64,000 nt of DNA, taken from the NCBI GenBank assembly GCA_002840735.1, contig PHBY01000003.1, positions 186,734 to 250,733 on the forward strand. Reading direction: 5' to 3'. The translations under genes and the position numbers were made by a program. Shown here in pieces: positions 37,943 through 47,670 of the stretch. A model generated the notes under the pieces. It was given only the letters and a program-made list of their open reading frames with translations. It had not been told where the DNA came from and did not search any database. The stretch's first letter is position 1. Every line of letters starts with the position of its first letter. The stretch comes from Chloroflexi bacterium HGW-Chloroflexi-2. Its GTDB lineage: Bacteria > Chloroflexota > Anaerolineae > Anaerolineales > Anaerolineaceae.

Positions 37943-38620
37943 TTATTGATTAACTATTCGTACAGAAACGATACAGGCAGGGTATTCATTATTGTCATTA
38001 TCTAATACTACCAGGCGTAATAAATAATCACCTGGGACAATCTGAGATGTATTCCACAATCCAATTTGATCTTCAATGACTACTTTATTATCACCTGCAA
38101 TTGTTTTCCAAAATGTATTTCCGGGTTCAGTATATTCATATTTATAAAACCCAAAATTTTCAATATTCACCGTTCCAATTAATTGCACAACATCAGCAAT
38201 TTCTGAAGCTGGTTCAGGATATACCCATTCAATTTTACCTTGTATACATCCATCCTGGGTGGAGGTAGGAGTTGGGGATGAATTTTCATCATTCTCCACA
38301 AGCGCAAAGGGTGGATTTGTCGGTGAAGGCGAAGCAAGAATATCAATGGTAGGTGTAGCAAGAGCAGTCTGGTCAGGTAATAAACTGCTGGAATAAGTCA
38401 CAAAAAAAAACTCACCCACAAATAGAATAAATATCAGTAATAAAATAGAAAGCGCTGATCTAAACCTTCGTTGGGCTATGTCACGCTCCAGGCCAAAAGC
38501 TGCTTCACGCCAGTTACCAATCGCTTTAAATAATCTGGAAAAGAATATGAGCGAGATGAGACCGAGAATTACATAGAACCAGATCTCAAACTCAATCAAA
38601 AAATCAAGAATTTCAGTCAT
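37943..38620 (-). CDS. Hypothetical membrane-anchored protein with Pro/Thr/Ser linker and C-terminal beta-rich domain
   Basis: Two N-terminal TM helices, a low-complexity linker (SPSPTNPP...SSPTPTSTQ), then a predicted beta-sandwich. ATG at 38620 preferred; the track start at 38641 is a TTG. Confidence 0.5.
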   Translation of the reverse strand: MTEILDFLIEFEIWFYVILGLISLIFFSRLFKAIGNWREAAFGLERDIAQRRFRSALSILLLIFILFVGEFFFVTYSSSLLPDQTALATPTIDILASPSPTNPPFALVENDENSSPTPTSTQDGCIQGKIEWVYPEPASEIADVVQLIGTVNIENFGFYKYEYTEPGNTFWKTIAGDNKVVIEDQIGLWNTSQIVPGDYLLRLVVLDNDNNEYPACIVSVRIVNQ

Positions 38621-38644
38621 ACCAGACCATAACCACCACAATCA

Positions 38645-39481
38645 TTATATTTCTGAAAGTAAACCCCGAACGATGGTTGTCAGTCTGGGAACCAACACCT
38701 TGCCTGCTTCCAAAACTTCATCATGGGTTGTGATCGTAGTTCCATCCAGGTTCGCTTTATTGCTGATCCCTGAAATACCTAAAACACGTAAACCTCCATG
38801 CCGAGCGATAATAACCTCAGGCACCGTTGACATTCCAACCGCATCAGCACCAATCGCTCTCAAAAACCGTAGATCTGCAGGTGATTCAAATGAAGGGCCG
38901 GATAATGAGACGTACACGCCAGAAAAGGTTTGAATGTTGTTTTTATCCGCAACCTTTTTTGCTTTTTCTATCAGAATCCGATCATAAGCCTGACTCATAT
39001 CTGGAAACCTTGGTCCAAATTCATCCAGATTTGGACCTCTCAGGGGGTTGTTACCGGTCATTGCAATCATCGCAATGTGATCGGATAAAAACATAACGTC
39101 GCCAGGCACATACTCCGGATTGATGGCACCTGCTGCGTTGGTAACAACTAATAATTCAACCCCCAATCTTTGCATCACTCTGACAGGTAAAGTGACCTCC
39201 GCCATGCTATAGCCTTCGTAATAATGTGCTCTACCTTGCATCGTAATAACTGTCTGGCCCTCAAGTTTTCCAATCACCAATCGGCCAGAATGTCCATGGA
39301 CAGTGGATGTGGGCCAGTATGGAATATTATTGTAAGAAATAAAATCAGGGTCTTCAATTGAGTTGGCTAAATCACCTAAACCAGAACCCAGGATCAGACC
39401 GACTTTAGGTTGATATTTTGTTAAGTTTCGAATAGACTGAGCTACCTCATCGATTTCAGCGAGAGTAAAATATTCCTTCAT
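38645..39481 (-). CDS. punA: Purine nucleoside phosphorylase (PunA type)
   Basis: GLILGSGLG, HGHSGRLV, GRAHYYEG, NAAG and GMSTVPE blocks. Start set at the ATG preceded by GGAGG. Confidence 0.85.
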   Translation of the reverse strand: MKEYFTLAEIDEVAQSIRNLTKYQPKVGLILGSGLGDLANSIEDPDFISYNNIPYWPTSTVHGHSGRLVIGKLEGQTVITMQGRAHYYEGYSMAEVTLPVRVMQRLGVELLVVTNAAGAINPEYVPGDVMFLSDHIAMIAMTGNNPLRGPNLDEFGPRFPDMSQAYDRILIEKAKKVADKNNIQTFSGVYVSLSGPSFESPADLRFLRAIGADAVGMSTVPEVIIARHGGLRVLGISGISNKANLDGTTITTHDEVLEAGKVLVPRLTTIVRGLLSEI

Positions 39482-39624
39482 AAAATAACCTCCACAATCT
39501 GTTGTGAGATTTAATATTGTCAATTTAACAAAAAGAATTATTTCGCGTGTAACCAGAAATCAATTCCCTGAATTTATCTGTAATAAATTATATCAGAATA
39601 TAAATCGTGGCTCGAACCAGCGAA

Positions 39625-40659
39625 TTAATTTGACATGATCTTCATGAAAATTTCAGATACTTTTACGATATCATCATCAGAAATTCCATAATGGGTGACC
39701 AATCGGAAACCTCTGTTTTTTGATGTGCCAATTAAAACACCCATAATTTTTAATTCTTCGATCACCTGAATATTAGTCCTGGTATCACAATCATCCAGGT
39801 CTATAAAAACCATATTCGTTTGGGGTGAATTTTCTCGCACATGCAGATGAGGGATATCTCTCAGTTTATCTGCCAGAAGAAATGCTCTTTGATGATCTTC
39901 TTCCAGTCGATCCACCATTGTTTCTAAAGCGACTATACCAGCTGCCGCTAAAATTCCAGCTTGACGCATTCCCCCACCCAATTGTTTTCGAATTCGACGA
40001 GCTCGGTGTATGAAATCCTGAGTTCCACATAGCACACTTCCAACAGGTGCTCCCAGTCCTTTACTCAGACAAAATGTTATCGAGTCTACTCCATCAACCA
40101 AATTCTGGACCGGTAATCCCAGTTTGATGGCAGCATTAAAAATTCTAGCCCCATCCATGTGCACGAATAAATCATTATCCTGGGATATTTTTACTACTTG
40201 TTGAATGAATTCGGGTTCTAAAACAACACCCCCACAGCGGTTATGTGTATTTTCAAGCGCAATCAACCTGGTAGTTGGAAAATGTACATCCTCCATTCGA
40301 ATGGCATTTTTCAAATCGGATATTCTTATTGTTCCATCTGCTTGATTTGGAACAGTATGAACCATGATGCCACCCAGCGCAGACACACCACCGACCTCGT
40401 AATAAAAAGTATGAGCCTGGTCGCCCATGATGGCTTCTTCCCCTCTTTGGCAGTGGGTTAAGAATGCGATGAGATTGCCCATTGTACCAGAAGGAATAAA
40501 TAACCCGGCTTCTTTCCCCATCCTGTCAGCTGATAGTTCCTCCAGATAATTTATTGTAGGGTCTTCTCCATAAACATCGTCCCCCACATCCGCTAAAGCC
40601 ATTGCATGGCGCATTTCATCCGTAGGCTGGGTAACAGTATCTGAACGTAGGTCAATCAT
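39625..40659 (-). CDS. ltaE: Low-specificity L-threonine aldolase
   Basis: N-terminal [13 protein letters not shown], and the PLP-lysine region [13 protein letters not shown]. Confidence 0.85.
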   Translation of the reverse strand: MIDLRSDTVTQPTDEMRHAMALADVGDDVYGEDPTINYLEELSADRMGKEAGLFIPSGTMGNLIAFLTHCQRGEEAIMGDQAHTFYYEVGGVSALGGIMVHTVPNQADGTIRISDLKNAIRMEDVHFPTTRLIALENTHNRCGGVVLEPEFIQQVVKISQDNDLFVHMDGARIFNAAIKLGLPVQNLVDGVDSITFCLSKGLGAPVGSVLCGTQDFIHRARRIRKQLGGGMRQAGILAAAGIVALETMVDRLEEDHQRAFLLADKLRDIPHLHVRENSPQTNMVFIDLDDCDTRTNIQVIEELKIMGVLIGTSKNRGFRLVTHYGISDDDIVKVSEIFMKIMSN

Positions 40660-40675
40660 TTCAATTCTCCAAAAT

Positions 40676-41602
40676 TTATTGATGTCGCAATTCTCTGAGC
40701 AACTGGTTCATATCTTCTGGTATGGGGGCCTGGAAAATTTGGGGAGTTGAATCACCAGGCAAGATAAATTCGATTTGATAAGCGTGGAGCATTTGTCTAT
40801 CTGCATCCAACAATTGTTTTCGATGTCCATAAATTCGATCACCAACAATTGGACATCCTAAAAATGCCAGATGAAGTCTGATCTGGTGTGTTCTGCCCGT
40901 ATGGGGATAAGCTGCAATTAAGGCATGCTGATCAAATTTTTCAATAACCTTATATTCCGTTACGGATTCGCGCCCACGACTGATAGGGACGATAGCCATT
41001 TTCTTGCGGTGGGATGGATCTCTTCCAATCGGTGCCTCCACCCGCCCAGTAGGTGTTGGTGGAAAGCCATCTGTCAAAGCATAATAAGTTTTATGTACAC
41101 TTCTTTTTCGAAACTGGTCCTGTAAAAAGCGATGGGCTTTATCATTTTTTGCCAGGAGGATTAAACCAGATGTATCTTTATCTAGTCTATGAACGACTCC
41201 AGGCCGATGCTCCCCACCAACACCCTCCATATCTGGCGCATAATTGAGTGCTGCGTGAACCAGCGTGCCGAAAAGGTGACCAGATGCAGGATGAACAACC
41301 ATCCCGGCTGGTTTATTAACAATCATCAAATCAGCGTTCTCAAAAATAATATCCAGTGGAATCTGTTCCGGAATCAGGTTACTTTTTACAATCGGAGGAA
41401 TTGTTATGGAGATTTCACTCCCTTTTTCGAGATTTATACCACCCTTTAATACTGGTTTTCCATTAACACAAACCATACCACCCCGTATAAATGTCTGTAA
41501 TCGGGATCGTGAGAAATCGGGAAATTGATCAACCAGATATTTATCAAGACGTTGGCTTTCCGTTAAATCAAATTTTAAATTAAAAATATTATTCATGTCC
41601 AC
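40676..41602 (-). CDS. rluD: RluA/RluD-family 23S rRNA pseudouridine synthase
   Basis: N-terminal S4-like domain (RLDKYL), catalytic [10 protein letters not shown], and THQIRLH. Confidence 0.85.
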   Translation of the reverse strand: MDMNNIFNLKFDLTESQRLDKYLVDQFPDFSRSRLQTFIRGGMVCVNGKPVLKGGINLEKGSEISITIPPIVKSNLIPEQIPLDIIFENADLMIVNKPAGMVVHPASGHLFGTLVHAALNYAPDMEGVGGEHRPGVVHRLDKDTSGLILLAKNDKAHRFLQDQFRKRSVHKTYYALTDGFPPTPTGRVEAPIGRDPSHRKKMAIVPISRGRESVTEYKVIEKFDQHALIAAYPHTGRTHQIRLHLAFLGCPIVGDRIYGHRKQLLDADRQMLHAYQIEFILPGDSTPQIFQAPIPEDMNQLLRELRHQ

Positions 41603-42145
41603 TCAGACATTTTCCATCAAATCAGTATCGCTTTCGACTTGCGATTCCTGATTTGTAACTTTTTTCTTCTTTTCCTCAATCTCAGTGATCCAAACACCTA
41701 AGATCAAAACAACCACACCGATCGTGATACTTGCATCGGCAATATTCCAAACCGGAAAATTTCCAACTGAAACAAAGTCGGTTACATGCCCAATCGTCAA
41801 ACGATCGATCAGGTTACCTAAAGCGCCACTAAGTTGTAAACTCATTGCTAATCTTAAAGACCAGTCCGATGCTGGAACTCTGGGAAAATAGAAAACAATA
41901 ATCAGGGCAACAATAATTGCGACAATGGAAAAAATATCTCCGAATCCCTGAAACATTCCAAAGGCAACACCGGTATTCTGTACGTGTACGATTCTTACAT
42001 ATGGCAACATCCAATCCCATGGCACCCAGGTTTCCGTCCATAAATCCAGGTTTTGGCGAACCAGGTATTTTGTATATTGATCCAGGCTGATTATTACAAT
42101 CGCAGTTACGATTAATAATGAGTAAGTTCGTAGTAATTTTTTCAA
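41603..42145 (-). CDS. lspA: Lipoprotein signal peptidase II
   Basis: Four-TM profile and the conserved blocks NTGVAFG and GALGNLIDR, FNIAD-like WNIADASI. Confidence 0.85.
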   Translation of the reverse strand: MKKLLRTYSLLIVTAIVIISLDQYTKYLVRQNLDLWTETWVPWDWMLPYVRIVHVQNTGVAFGMFQGFGDIFSIVAIIVALIIVFYFPRVPASDWSLRLAMSLQLSGALGNLIDRLTIGHVTDFVSVGNFPVWNIADASITIGVVVLILGVWITEIEEKKKKVTNQESQVESDTDLMENV

Positions 42146-42206
42146 AAAAAGACCTCATTAACAGGTTAGAAATTGTTACAAACTTAAATTCACAATTTCT
42201 TCAAAA

Positions 42207-42723
42207 TTAATTTTTCCCTTTTGATTTTACCGTACTTTCGTTATTTTCTTGGAAGAATAAATAAAGTTGATCATTGTTTGAGTAAGGAATTTTCAAATAT
42301 TCCAAAAATTCATTGAGACCCATCAGAAAATCCGAATACAATAAATGGGCTTTGCAGGATGATAAACAATCGCTGGCACCGAATCTTTGTACTGGAACCT
42401 TGAAGGGGTCATTTTCTTGAATTTTCTGACACCATACGCATTCTTGATTTGTTTGCATTGTGAAAACGGCTGCTACAAAATCCATATAAGGACGCAAATA
42501 ATCTATATGCCAGAATTTTTTCTTTTCCATTGAAATGTGGCGAAGCAATCTAGCCTGTAATCCCCCGCTACCTTTTGCGCTTCCAAAGTAAAAATAATAT
42601 CCAGCATTAAACAGATCTTCCTGATTTACCAATCGAAACATTCATAGAATTATTTAAATGAAATATCAAGCAGTAACTGCCAATTTCTTGTGGTATATCC
42701 CCAACGATTTCGAAATTTCTCAT
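42207..42723 (-). pseudogene. DUF123 (GIY-YIG superfamily) gene interrupted by a frameshift
   Basis: The track ORF (42207..42641) starts right at the family core GYYFYFGSAKGSGGLQARLLRHISMEKKKFWHIDYL. A 38-aa ORF in another frame (42607..42723: MRNFEIVGDIPQEIGSYCLIFHLNNSMNVSIGKSGRSV*) supplies the missing N-terminal strand pattern (GxYxL...IxxGKxG). Confidence 0.6.
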
Positions 42724-42748
42724 AACAAAAAATAAAACTTTATTACAC

Positions 42749-42793
42749 AAAATCCAGACAACCCTTCAAAATAGGAATTGTCTGGATTTTTTT
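42749..42793 (-). terminator. Rho-independent terminator downstream of ileS
   Basis: Stem AAAATCCAGACAA / TTGTCTGGATTTT, 10-13 bp, with T-runs on both strands. It starts 12 nt after the ileS stop. Confidence 0.6.
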
Positions 42794-42804
42794 CTTAGAG
42801 TTAC

Positions 42805-45800
42805 TTATAGTTTCTCAACGCCTAGTTTTACGGTTTCTCCATCAAATTCACTCACAATCTGTGTCATTTGTGGACTCGGTTCACCTGCCACTAATTCAAG
42901 TGTCAGTGTTTCATTCTTTATATATTTAGAAAACTCATTGACCGCTTGTGTTAATTTAGGTGTTGCAGAATAAACCAATCTGATCCGGTCAGAAATTTCG
43001 AAATCAGCTGTCTTTCTTAAATCCTGAACACGCCGAACAAACTCACGAGCTAAACCTTCTAACTTGAGTTCAGGTGTGATGACCGAATCTATCGCCACGG
43101 TGACTAATTGATCCGACTGCACAGCCAAACCTTCAACTGGTTGAGTCTCTACCAACACTTCTTCAGAAGAAAGTTCGACAACTTCATCATTCACAATCAC
43201 TTTTAATGATTCATTATTAGCAATAGCTTTATGTGCTGATGAATCTCCTTGTAATTTGGTCAATGCCTCCTTCAATGCAGGGAATCGACTACCAAAGCGC
43301 GGACCCAACAATTTATTGTTGGGTAAAATACGATAGCTGACCAATTTCTCGGCTTGTAAAACTGTTTCGAAGAATTTGACATTTAGCTCATCGCGAATGA
43401 TCTCCACGAGAAAATCGGGAAGTTGATATTTCTGATCAGCTGTGTACACCAGTACCCGGGATAGTGGCTGGCGGACCTTTAAATTAGCGCTTGCACGTGC
43501 CCCTAAACCCAAACTGGCAATACGCCGCCCCAAATTCATTTGCACAACCAATTCACCATCCAATGCATTTTCATCTATCTGCGGATAATTGGTAAGATGG
43601 ATGCTTTCATAAGCGTTTTCGTAGATCGACCGTACCAAATTCTGATACATGACTTCCGTAACAAAAGGAACAAAAGGGGCCAATAAACGGCTGAATTTAA
43701 CCAGCACATGATAAAGTGTGGCATAGGCAGTATTCTTATCCGCATCATGTTCACTCTTCCAGAAACGTCGGCGGCTTCGGCGGACATACCAGTTAGTCAG
43801 ATCTTCAACGAACGGTTCAATCATCAAAGTCACAGCAAACGAATCTGAGTTTTCCAGCGCTTCATTTACCCGACCGGTAATGTCATTTAAACGAGCCAGT
43901 ATCCAGCGGTCCAATGGATTGTCACTGAGCGGTGTTGCTCCTTCTGGTGTTTGGGGATCAAACCCTTGGGTATTTGGCTGCCATCCATCCATGGTAGCAT
44001 AGGTAACAAAGAAGCTATATACATTCCATAGCGGGATCAGAAAACCACGGCGTACTTCTTCGGCTTTGTTATAACCGAAGAGCAGATTGTTTTCAGGTTT
44101 CTGGGAACAGTACATCCAGCGCATTACGTCTACACCCATTTTGTCAGCAGCTTCGTTAAATTCGATGGAATTTCCCCAGCTTTTATGCATCTCGCGTCCA
44201 TCTTCTGCCAGCAAGGACGCATAGCTGAAAACTTGTCGGAATGGTGGCGTATTGTCCAGAACTGTTGCCATCACCAACAGGCTGTAAAACCAGTTGCGGA
44301 ACTGACCAGGGAAAGATTCACTGATCCAGTCCGCTGGGTACCATTTGCGCCAGTTGGTTAGATCATTTCGGTAGCCAATCGTACTGAAGCTGACGATACC
44401 GGCATCTAACCAGGGATTGCCTACATCAGAAATACGCTTCATCAGTGCGCCACATTTGGGGCAACTTATTTTGATGGCATCCACGTAGGGGCGATGTGGT
44501 GTATGTCCTTCGAATTGATCCCTTCCCTCCACAGCACGTTCCTTCAATTCGATATCATCTCCGATAACTTCATAATGTTTACAGGAACCACAAACCCAGA
44601 TTGGTAAAGCCAGACCCCAATAACGTTTCTTTGAGATCATCCAGTCGTGCATGTTCTTTAACCAGTCCAATTCACGGGCATGACCGAACTCAGGAATCCA
44701 TCGAATCTGATCGACGACATCCATGATTTGATAGCGCAGACTGCGATCTTTCTCTGCAGAAGTCAATTCCTCACGCGGTTTGTCATAGGTTTCACCCATG
44801 CTCACGTACCATTCATCCACCAACCGGAAGACCAATTCTGTCTTACAACGCCAGCAGGTAGGATAGCGGTGTGTGTAATTTTCCACTTTGTACATGCGAC
44901 CATTCTCTTCCAATGCCTTAAAGACATGAGGAGCCACTTCTGAAACATGCATACCAGTGAAAAAACCAAAATGGGAAAGGAAAACACCCTCTTCATCCAG
45001 TGGTGCCAGCATGGGGAATCCATGCTCACGGCCTAACTTGAAGTCTTCGGCACCACAGCCAGGGGCAATATGTACAATTCCGGTACCTTCTGCATCACCC
45101 ACATCATCCCATAGAATTACCTGGTGAGCCTGAACTGCATTAATCCTGACATCCTTGACCAGATCTCTCAATTCAGTACGGCCGCCGATCATATTCGCTG
45201 CTTCTAATTCATCGAATGGCCCATCGTAAACCCAACCTTCCATTTCGGAACCTTTTAACTCTGCCAGTACCTCAAACGTACCTTTAAGCATGTGTGTGGT
45301 CCCCTTAGATAGGTAAAAGATTTCGTCTCCCTGCTTTACTTTAACATAAGTTAATTCCGGACCAACCGCTGCAGCAACGTTGCTGGTCAATGTCCAGGGT
45401 GTGGTAGTCCATACCAGCAGGGATTCTCCTGAACGGCCGCGAAGCGGGAATCGCAAGGTGACGCTGATGTGGGTTAGTTCATCATAACCATCAGTAACGA
45501 TCTCATGCTGGCTGAGTCCTGTTGCACAGCGCGGACACCAGGGCATTACATCAGCACCTTGATACAGCCAGCCGCGTTCCCAACAGGTTTTAAGAAAACG
45601 CCAGATCATATAGTTATTTTCATTAGAGAAAGTAAAGTAGCTTCCACCTAAATCAGCCGAACCCAGCCTACCTACCAATTGCTCAACCGTATCAGTAACC
45701 GGGCCGTTAGGGCCAGGTACAGTCATCACCTGTGTTGGATCTTCCACTAACTTATCTGCCATCTCACGCAGTAATTGGGGGTCATTCCAGTCCATCCAGT

Positions 45801-46230
45801 AACCCAGACGAACAGATTGTTCTGTTTGAACAGCAGCATAACGTAAAACGCGCTCTTTGCATTTGAGTACGAATTTCGCCAATCCGTAGTCCTCGATATC
45901 TTTTTTGGTAGTAAAACCTAACGCTTTTTCCACTTCCACTTCCACCCAAAGGCCCTGGCAGTCAAATCCGTTCTGATAACGTAATTCGCGCCCACGCATA
46001 GTCCAAAAACGATTAAACACATCTTTGTAAGTACGCCCCCATCCATGATGAACACCCATCGGATTATTTGCTGTAATAGGACCATCCTGAAAAGACCAGG
46101 TTGGCTGTCCTTTATGTAATTCTCTCATTTTATTGAAAGCATCACTGCTTTTCCAAAACTCAAGAACCTCGTGTTCCTGTTCAACGAAATTTATCGTACT
46201 TGATGCTTTTTTAAACATCTTTGTTGTCAT
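42805..46230 (-). CDS. ileS: Isoleucine--tRNA ligase (long form)
   Basis: Class-I aaRS with HIGH-like GVHHGWGR, KMSKS-like GREMHKSWGN, CP1 editing insert, and zinc-knuckle motifs (WCPRC, CWRCKT, CGSC, CPKCG). The upstream T-box has an AUC specifier. Start set at the ATG preceded by AAGAGG. Confidence 0.9.
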   Translation of the reverse strand: MTTKMFKKASSTINFVEQEHEVLEFWKSSDAFNKMRELHKGQPTWSFQDGPITANNPMGVHHGWGRTYKDVFNRFWTMRGRELRYQNGFDCQGLWVEVEVEKALGFTTKKDIEDYGLAKFVLKCKERVLRYAAVQTEQSVRLGYWMDWNDPQLLREMADKLVEDPTQVMTVPGPNGPVTDTVEQLVGRLGSADLGGSYFTFSNENNYMIWRFLKTCWERGWLYQGADVMPWCPRCATGLSQHEIVTDGYDELTHISVTLRFPLRGRSGESLLVWTTTPWTLTSNVAAAVGPELTYVKVKQGDEIFYLSKGTTHMLKGTFEVLAELKGSEMEGWVYDGPFDELEAANMIGGRTELRDLVKDVRINAVQAHQVILWDDVGDAEGTGIVHIAPGCGAEDFKLGREHGFPMLAPLDEEGVFLSHFGFFTGMHVSEVAPHVFKALEENGRMYKVENYTHRYPTCWRCKTELVFRLVDEWYVSMGETYDKPREELTSAEKDRSLRYQIMDVVDQIRWIPEFGHARELDWLKNMHDWMISKKRYWGLALPIWVCGSCKHYEVIGDDIELKERAVEGRDQFEGHTPHRPYVDAIKISCPKCGALMKRISDVGNPWLDAGIVSFSTIGYRNDLTNWRKWYPADWISESFPGQFRNWFYSLLVMATVLDNTPPFRQVFSYASLLAEDGREMHKSWGNSIEFNEAADKMGVDVMRWMYCSQKPENNLLFGYNKAEEVRRGFLIPLWNVYSFFVTYATMDGWQPNTQGFDPQTPEGATPLSDNPLDRWILARLNDITGRVNEALENSDSFAVTLMIEPFVEDLTNWYVRRSRRRFWKSEHDADKNTAYATLYHVLVKFSRLLAPFVPFVTEVMYQNLVRSIYENAYESIHLTNYPQIDENALDGELVVQMNLGRRIASLGLGARASANLKVRQPLSRVLVYTADQKYQLPDFLVEIIRDELNVKFFETVLQAEKLVSYRILPNNKLLGPRFGSRFPALKEALTKLQGDSSAHKAIANNESLKVIVNDEVVELSSEEVLVETQPVEGLAVQSDQLVTVAIDSVITPELKLEGLAREFVRRVQDLRKTADFEISDRIRLVYSATPKLTQAVNEFSKYIKNETLTLELVAGEPSPQMTQIVSEFDGETVKLGVEKL

Positions 46231-46254
46231 ACTACCTCTTTCTATCAATAGATA

Positions 46255-46582
46255 ATAAAAAACCTTCCTCCTGGGTAAACCTTAAGGTTTACGCACACAG
46301 GGACGAAGGTCGATTTTCATACTTCGCGGTACCACCCCGCTTCCCGTCTTTCGACGGACACTTACCAGGACTCCTGACCATGAAAACATGGTCCGTTATC
46401 CCGAGTTATTGGTAACGGGTTGATTCCCGGCGTACTTACTCAGGCATCTTCCTGATTGCCTTTTCAGTTTGCAGCTCCGGAAGGATTTTGGGCATTCTGT
46501 TCAACCCTGGCTCACACCAATTCCAGGTTCGCTGTTTGATGAAGAATGCTTACTCGTTTCCATCATCGCTTTTTTAAGATTG
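46255..46582 (-). promoter_or_regulatory. T-box riboswitch leader (Ile) controlling ileS by transcription attenuation
   Basis: On the minus strand: a Stem I-like region with GA/K-turn GCGAUGAUGG, AGUA, AG bulge AGCGA and distal loop UUGGUGUGAG; F-box-like CCGUUACC; T-box sequence GGGGUGGUACCGCG (46325..46340); then a long terminator helix (46262..46310) followed by U6. Confidence 0.85.
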
Positions 46583-46588
46583 CCCCAA

Positions 46589-46617
46589 ATCATACCAGAA
46601 TTCCTGGGAAAATTCAA
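46589..46617 (-). promoter_or_regulatory. Sigma-70 promoter for the ileS T-box leader
   Basis: Minus strand reads TTGAAT, a 17-nt spacer, then TGG-TATGAT (extended -10). Confidence 0.6.
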
Positions 46618-46657
46618 TTATGAGCTTATTTTGTGTCTTTTCAATAATCAGCGGTCA

Positions 46658-46695
46658 GGGTGTTTTTGGCGTGCCCCAGCACGCCAAAAACACCC
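46658..46695. repeat. Perfect GC-rich inverted repeat / stem-loop
   Basis: GGGTGTTTTTGGCGTG(C) ccca (G)CACGCCAAAAACACCC, a 16-17 bp perfect stem, 50 nt downstream of the stop of the 46745..47500 gene. No U-tract follows on the minus strand. Confidence 0.5.
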
Positions 46696-46744
46696 GCTTA
46701 CCCCGATTTATTGAGATGATACCTTATTTTGATTATTCATTTTG

Positions 46745-47500
46745 TCAAATCTCCGGTGCAGGAGGTTTATCCATCCATTTTTGAACATAATGAGTAATGG
46801 TAACCATCAGGAAAAGATACATTGCAACCAATAATAAACCTCCTACAAGCCATTGACCAAAAAATGCAAGCAACAAACCAATAATCATTACGCCGGTAAT
46901 GGAAAGCATAAGCCGTTCGTAATAAAAATTGTTTTTTCCCTGTAATAACGATGAACGATACATCAGGTAAATTCCCGCTGCTATCAGAAGTGTTCCGGAT
47001 AACAGTGCCAGCAAGAAAAATTGGTTGCTTTTCAGAAAAGGTACATTTACGACCATAACCCCACAGGAAGCAGTTGTCAAACCAGTTCCACGACTACTGA
47101 TAATATTCACTCTGAATAAAACAAATCTGTTCCAGGCAGCATCTTCTGGATAAATATACCAATGCATTACCTCAGATTCACCTGGAGTCAGTTCCAACGA
47201 TGTTTCATCGGAGGCAACATAAATGACATATCCTAAAGATTTATATCCCCGAACAACTTTCTTAACATCTTTGTCAAAATTATTTTCGATTCCTATGGAA
47301 ATCACACCGAAATCATTGGTTGTGATCAGGTGTGGGCATAATAAATTAAATTCAGACCTATCTGCATGAGTGGCTGGTTGGAACATGTAGCCTTCAAGAT
47401 CAGCCCAAACTGACCCTGTCCACAGAAATAGACCTATGGCAACTCCTAATACAAACAGGATTATTGAGGTAATAAAGTAGATCTTCGCTTTTTTCGTCAT
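46745..47500 (-). CDS. Hypothetical membrane protein
   Basis: N-terminal TM helix, an extracytoplasmic domain of about 140 aa, then three C-terminal TM helices. Start set at the ATG preceded by GGAG. Confidence 0.5.
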   Translation of the reverse strand: MTKKAKIYFITSIILFVLGVAIGLFLWTGSVWADLEGYMFQPATHADRSEFNLLCPHLITTNDFGVISIGIENNFDKDVKKVVRGYKSLGYVIYVASDETSLELTPGESEVMHWYIYPEDAAWNRFVLFRVNIISSRGTGLTTASCGVMVVNVPFLKSNQFFLLALLSGTLLIAAGIYLMYRSSLLQGKNNFYYERLMLSITGVMIIGLLLAFFGQWLVGGLLLVAMYLFLMVTITHYVQKWMDKPPAPEI

Positions 47501-47619
47501 AAAAATCTCCAGAATAATATCCGCAGCAGAGTATATCACAAGCAAAAAAAAATCATTAGACGGGTTTTCAACCCATGTTTCAACCCATAAGCCGAGTACA
47601 CACTCTTATTTAAATCGCC

Positions 47620-47646
47620 AAAAAAAGAAGTGCTCGTGAGCACTTC
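47620..47646 (-). terminator. Rho-independent terminator downstream of pdp
   Basis: Minus strand has GAAGTGCTC-ACGA-GAGCACTTC (8-9 bp GC-rich stem) followed by UUUUUUU. Confidence 0.7.
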
Positions 47647-47670
47647 CATGGAAATTTTCGACCGATATAT

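Noticed and set aside
46469-46714. An 81-aa plus-strand ORF (and 46221..46415) in the ileS upstream region.
   Set aside because: The region is fully explained on the minus strand by the T-box leader, its promoter and a hairpin. The ORFs have no RBS and run antisense to structured RNA.
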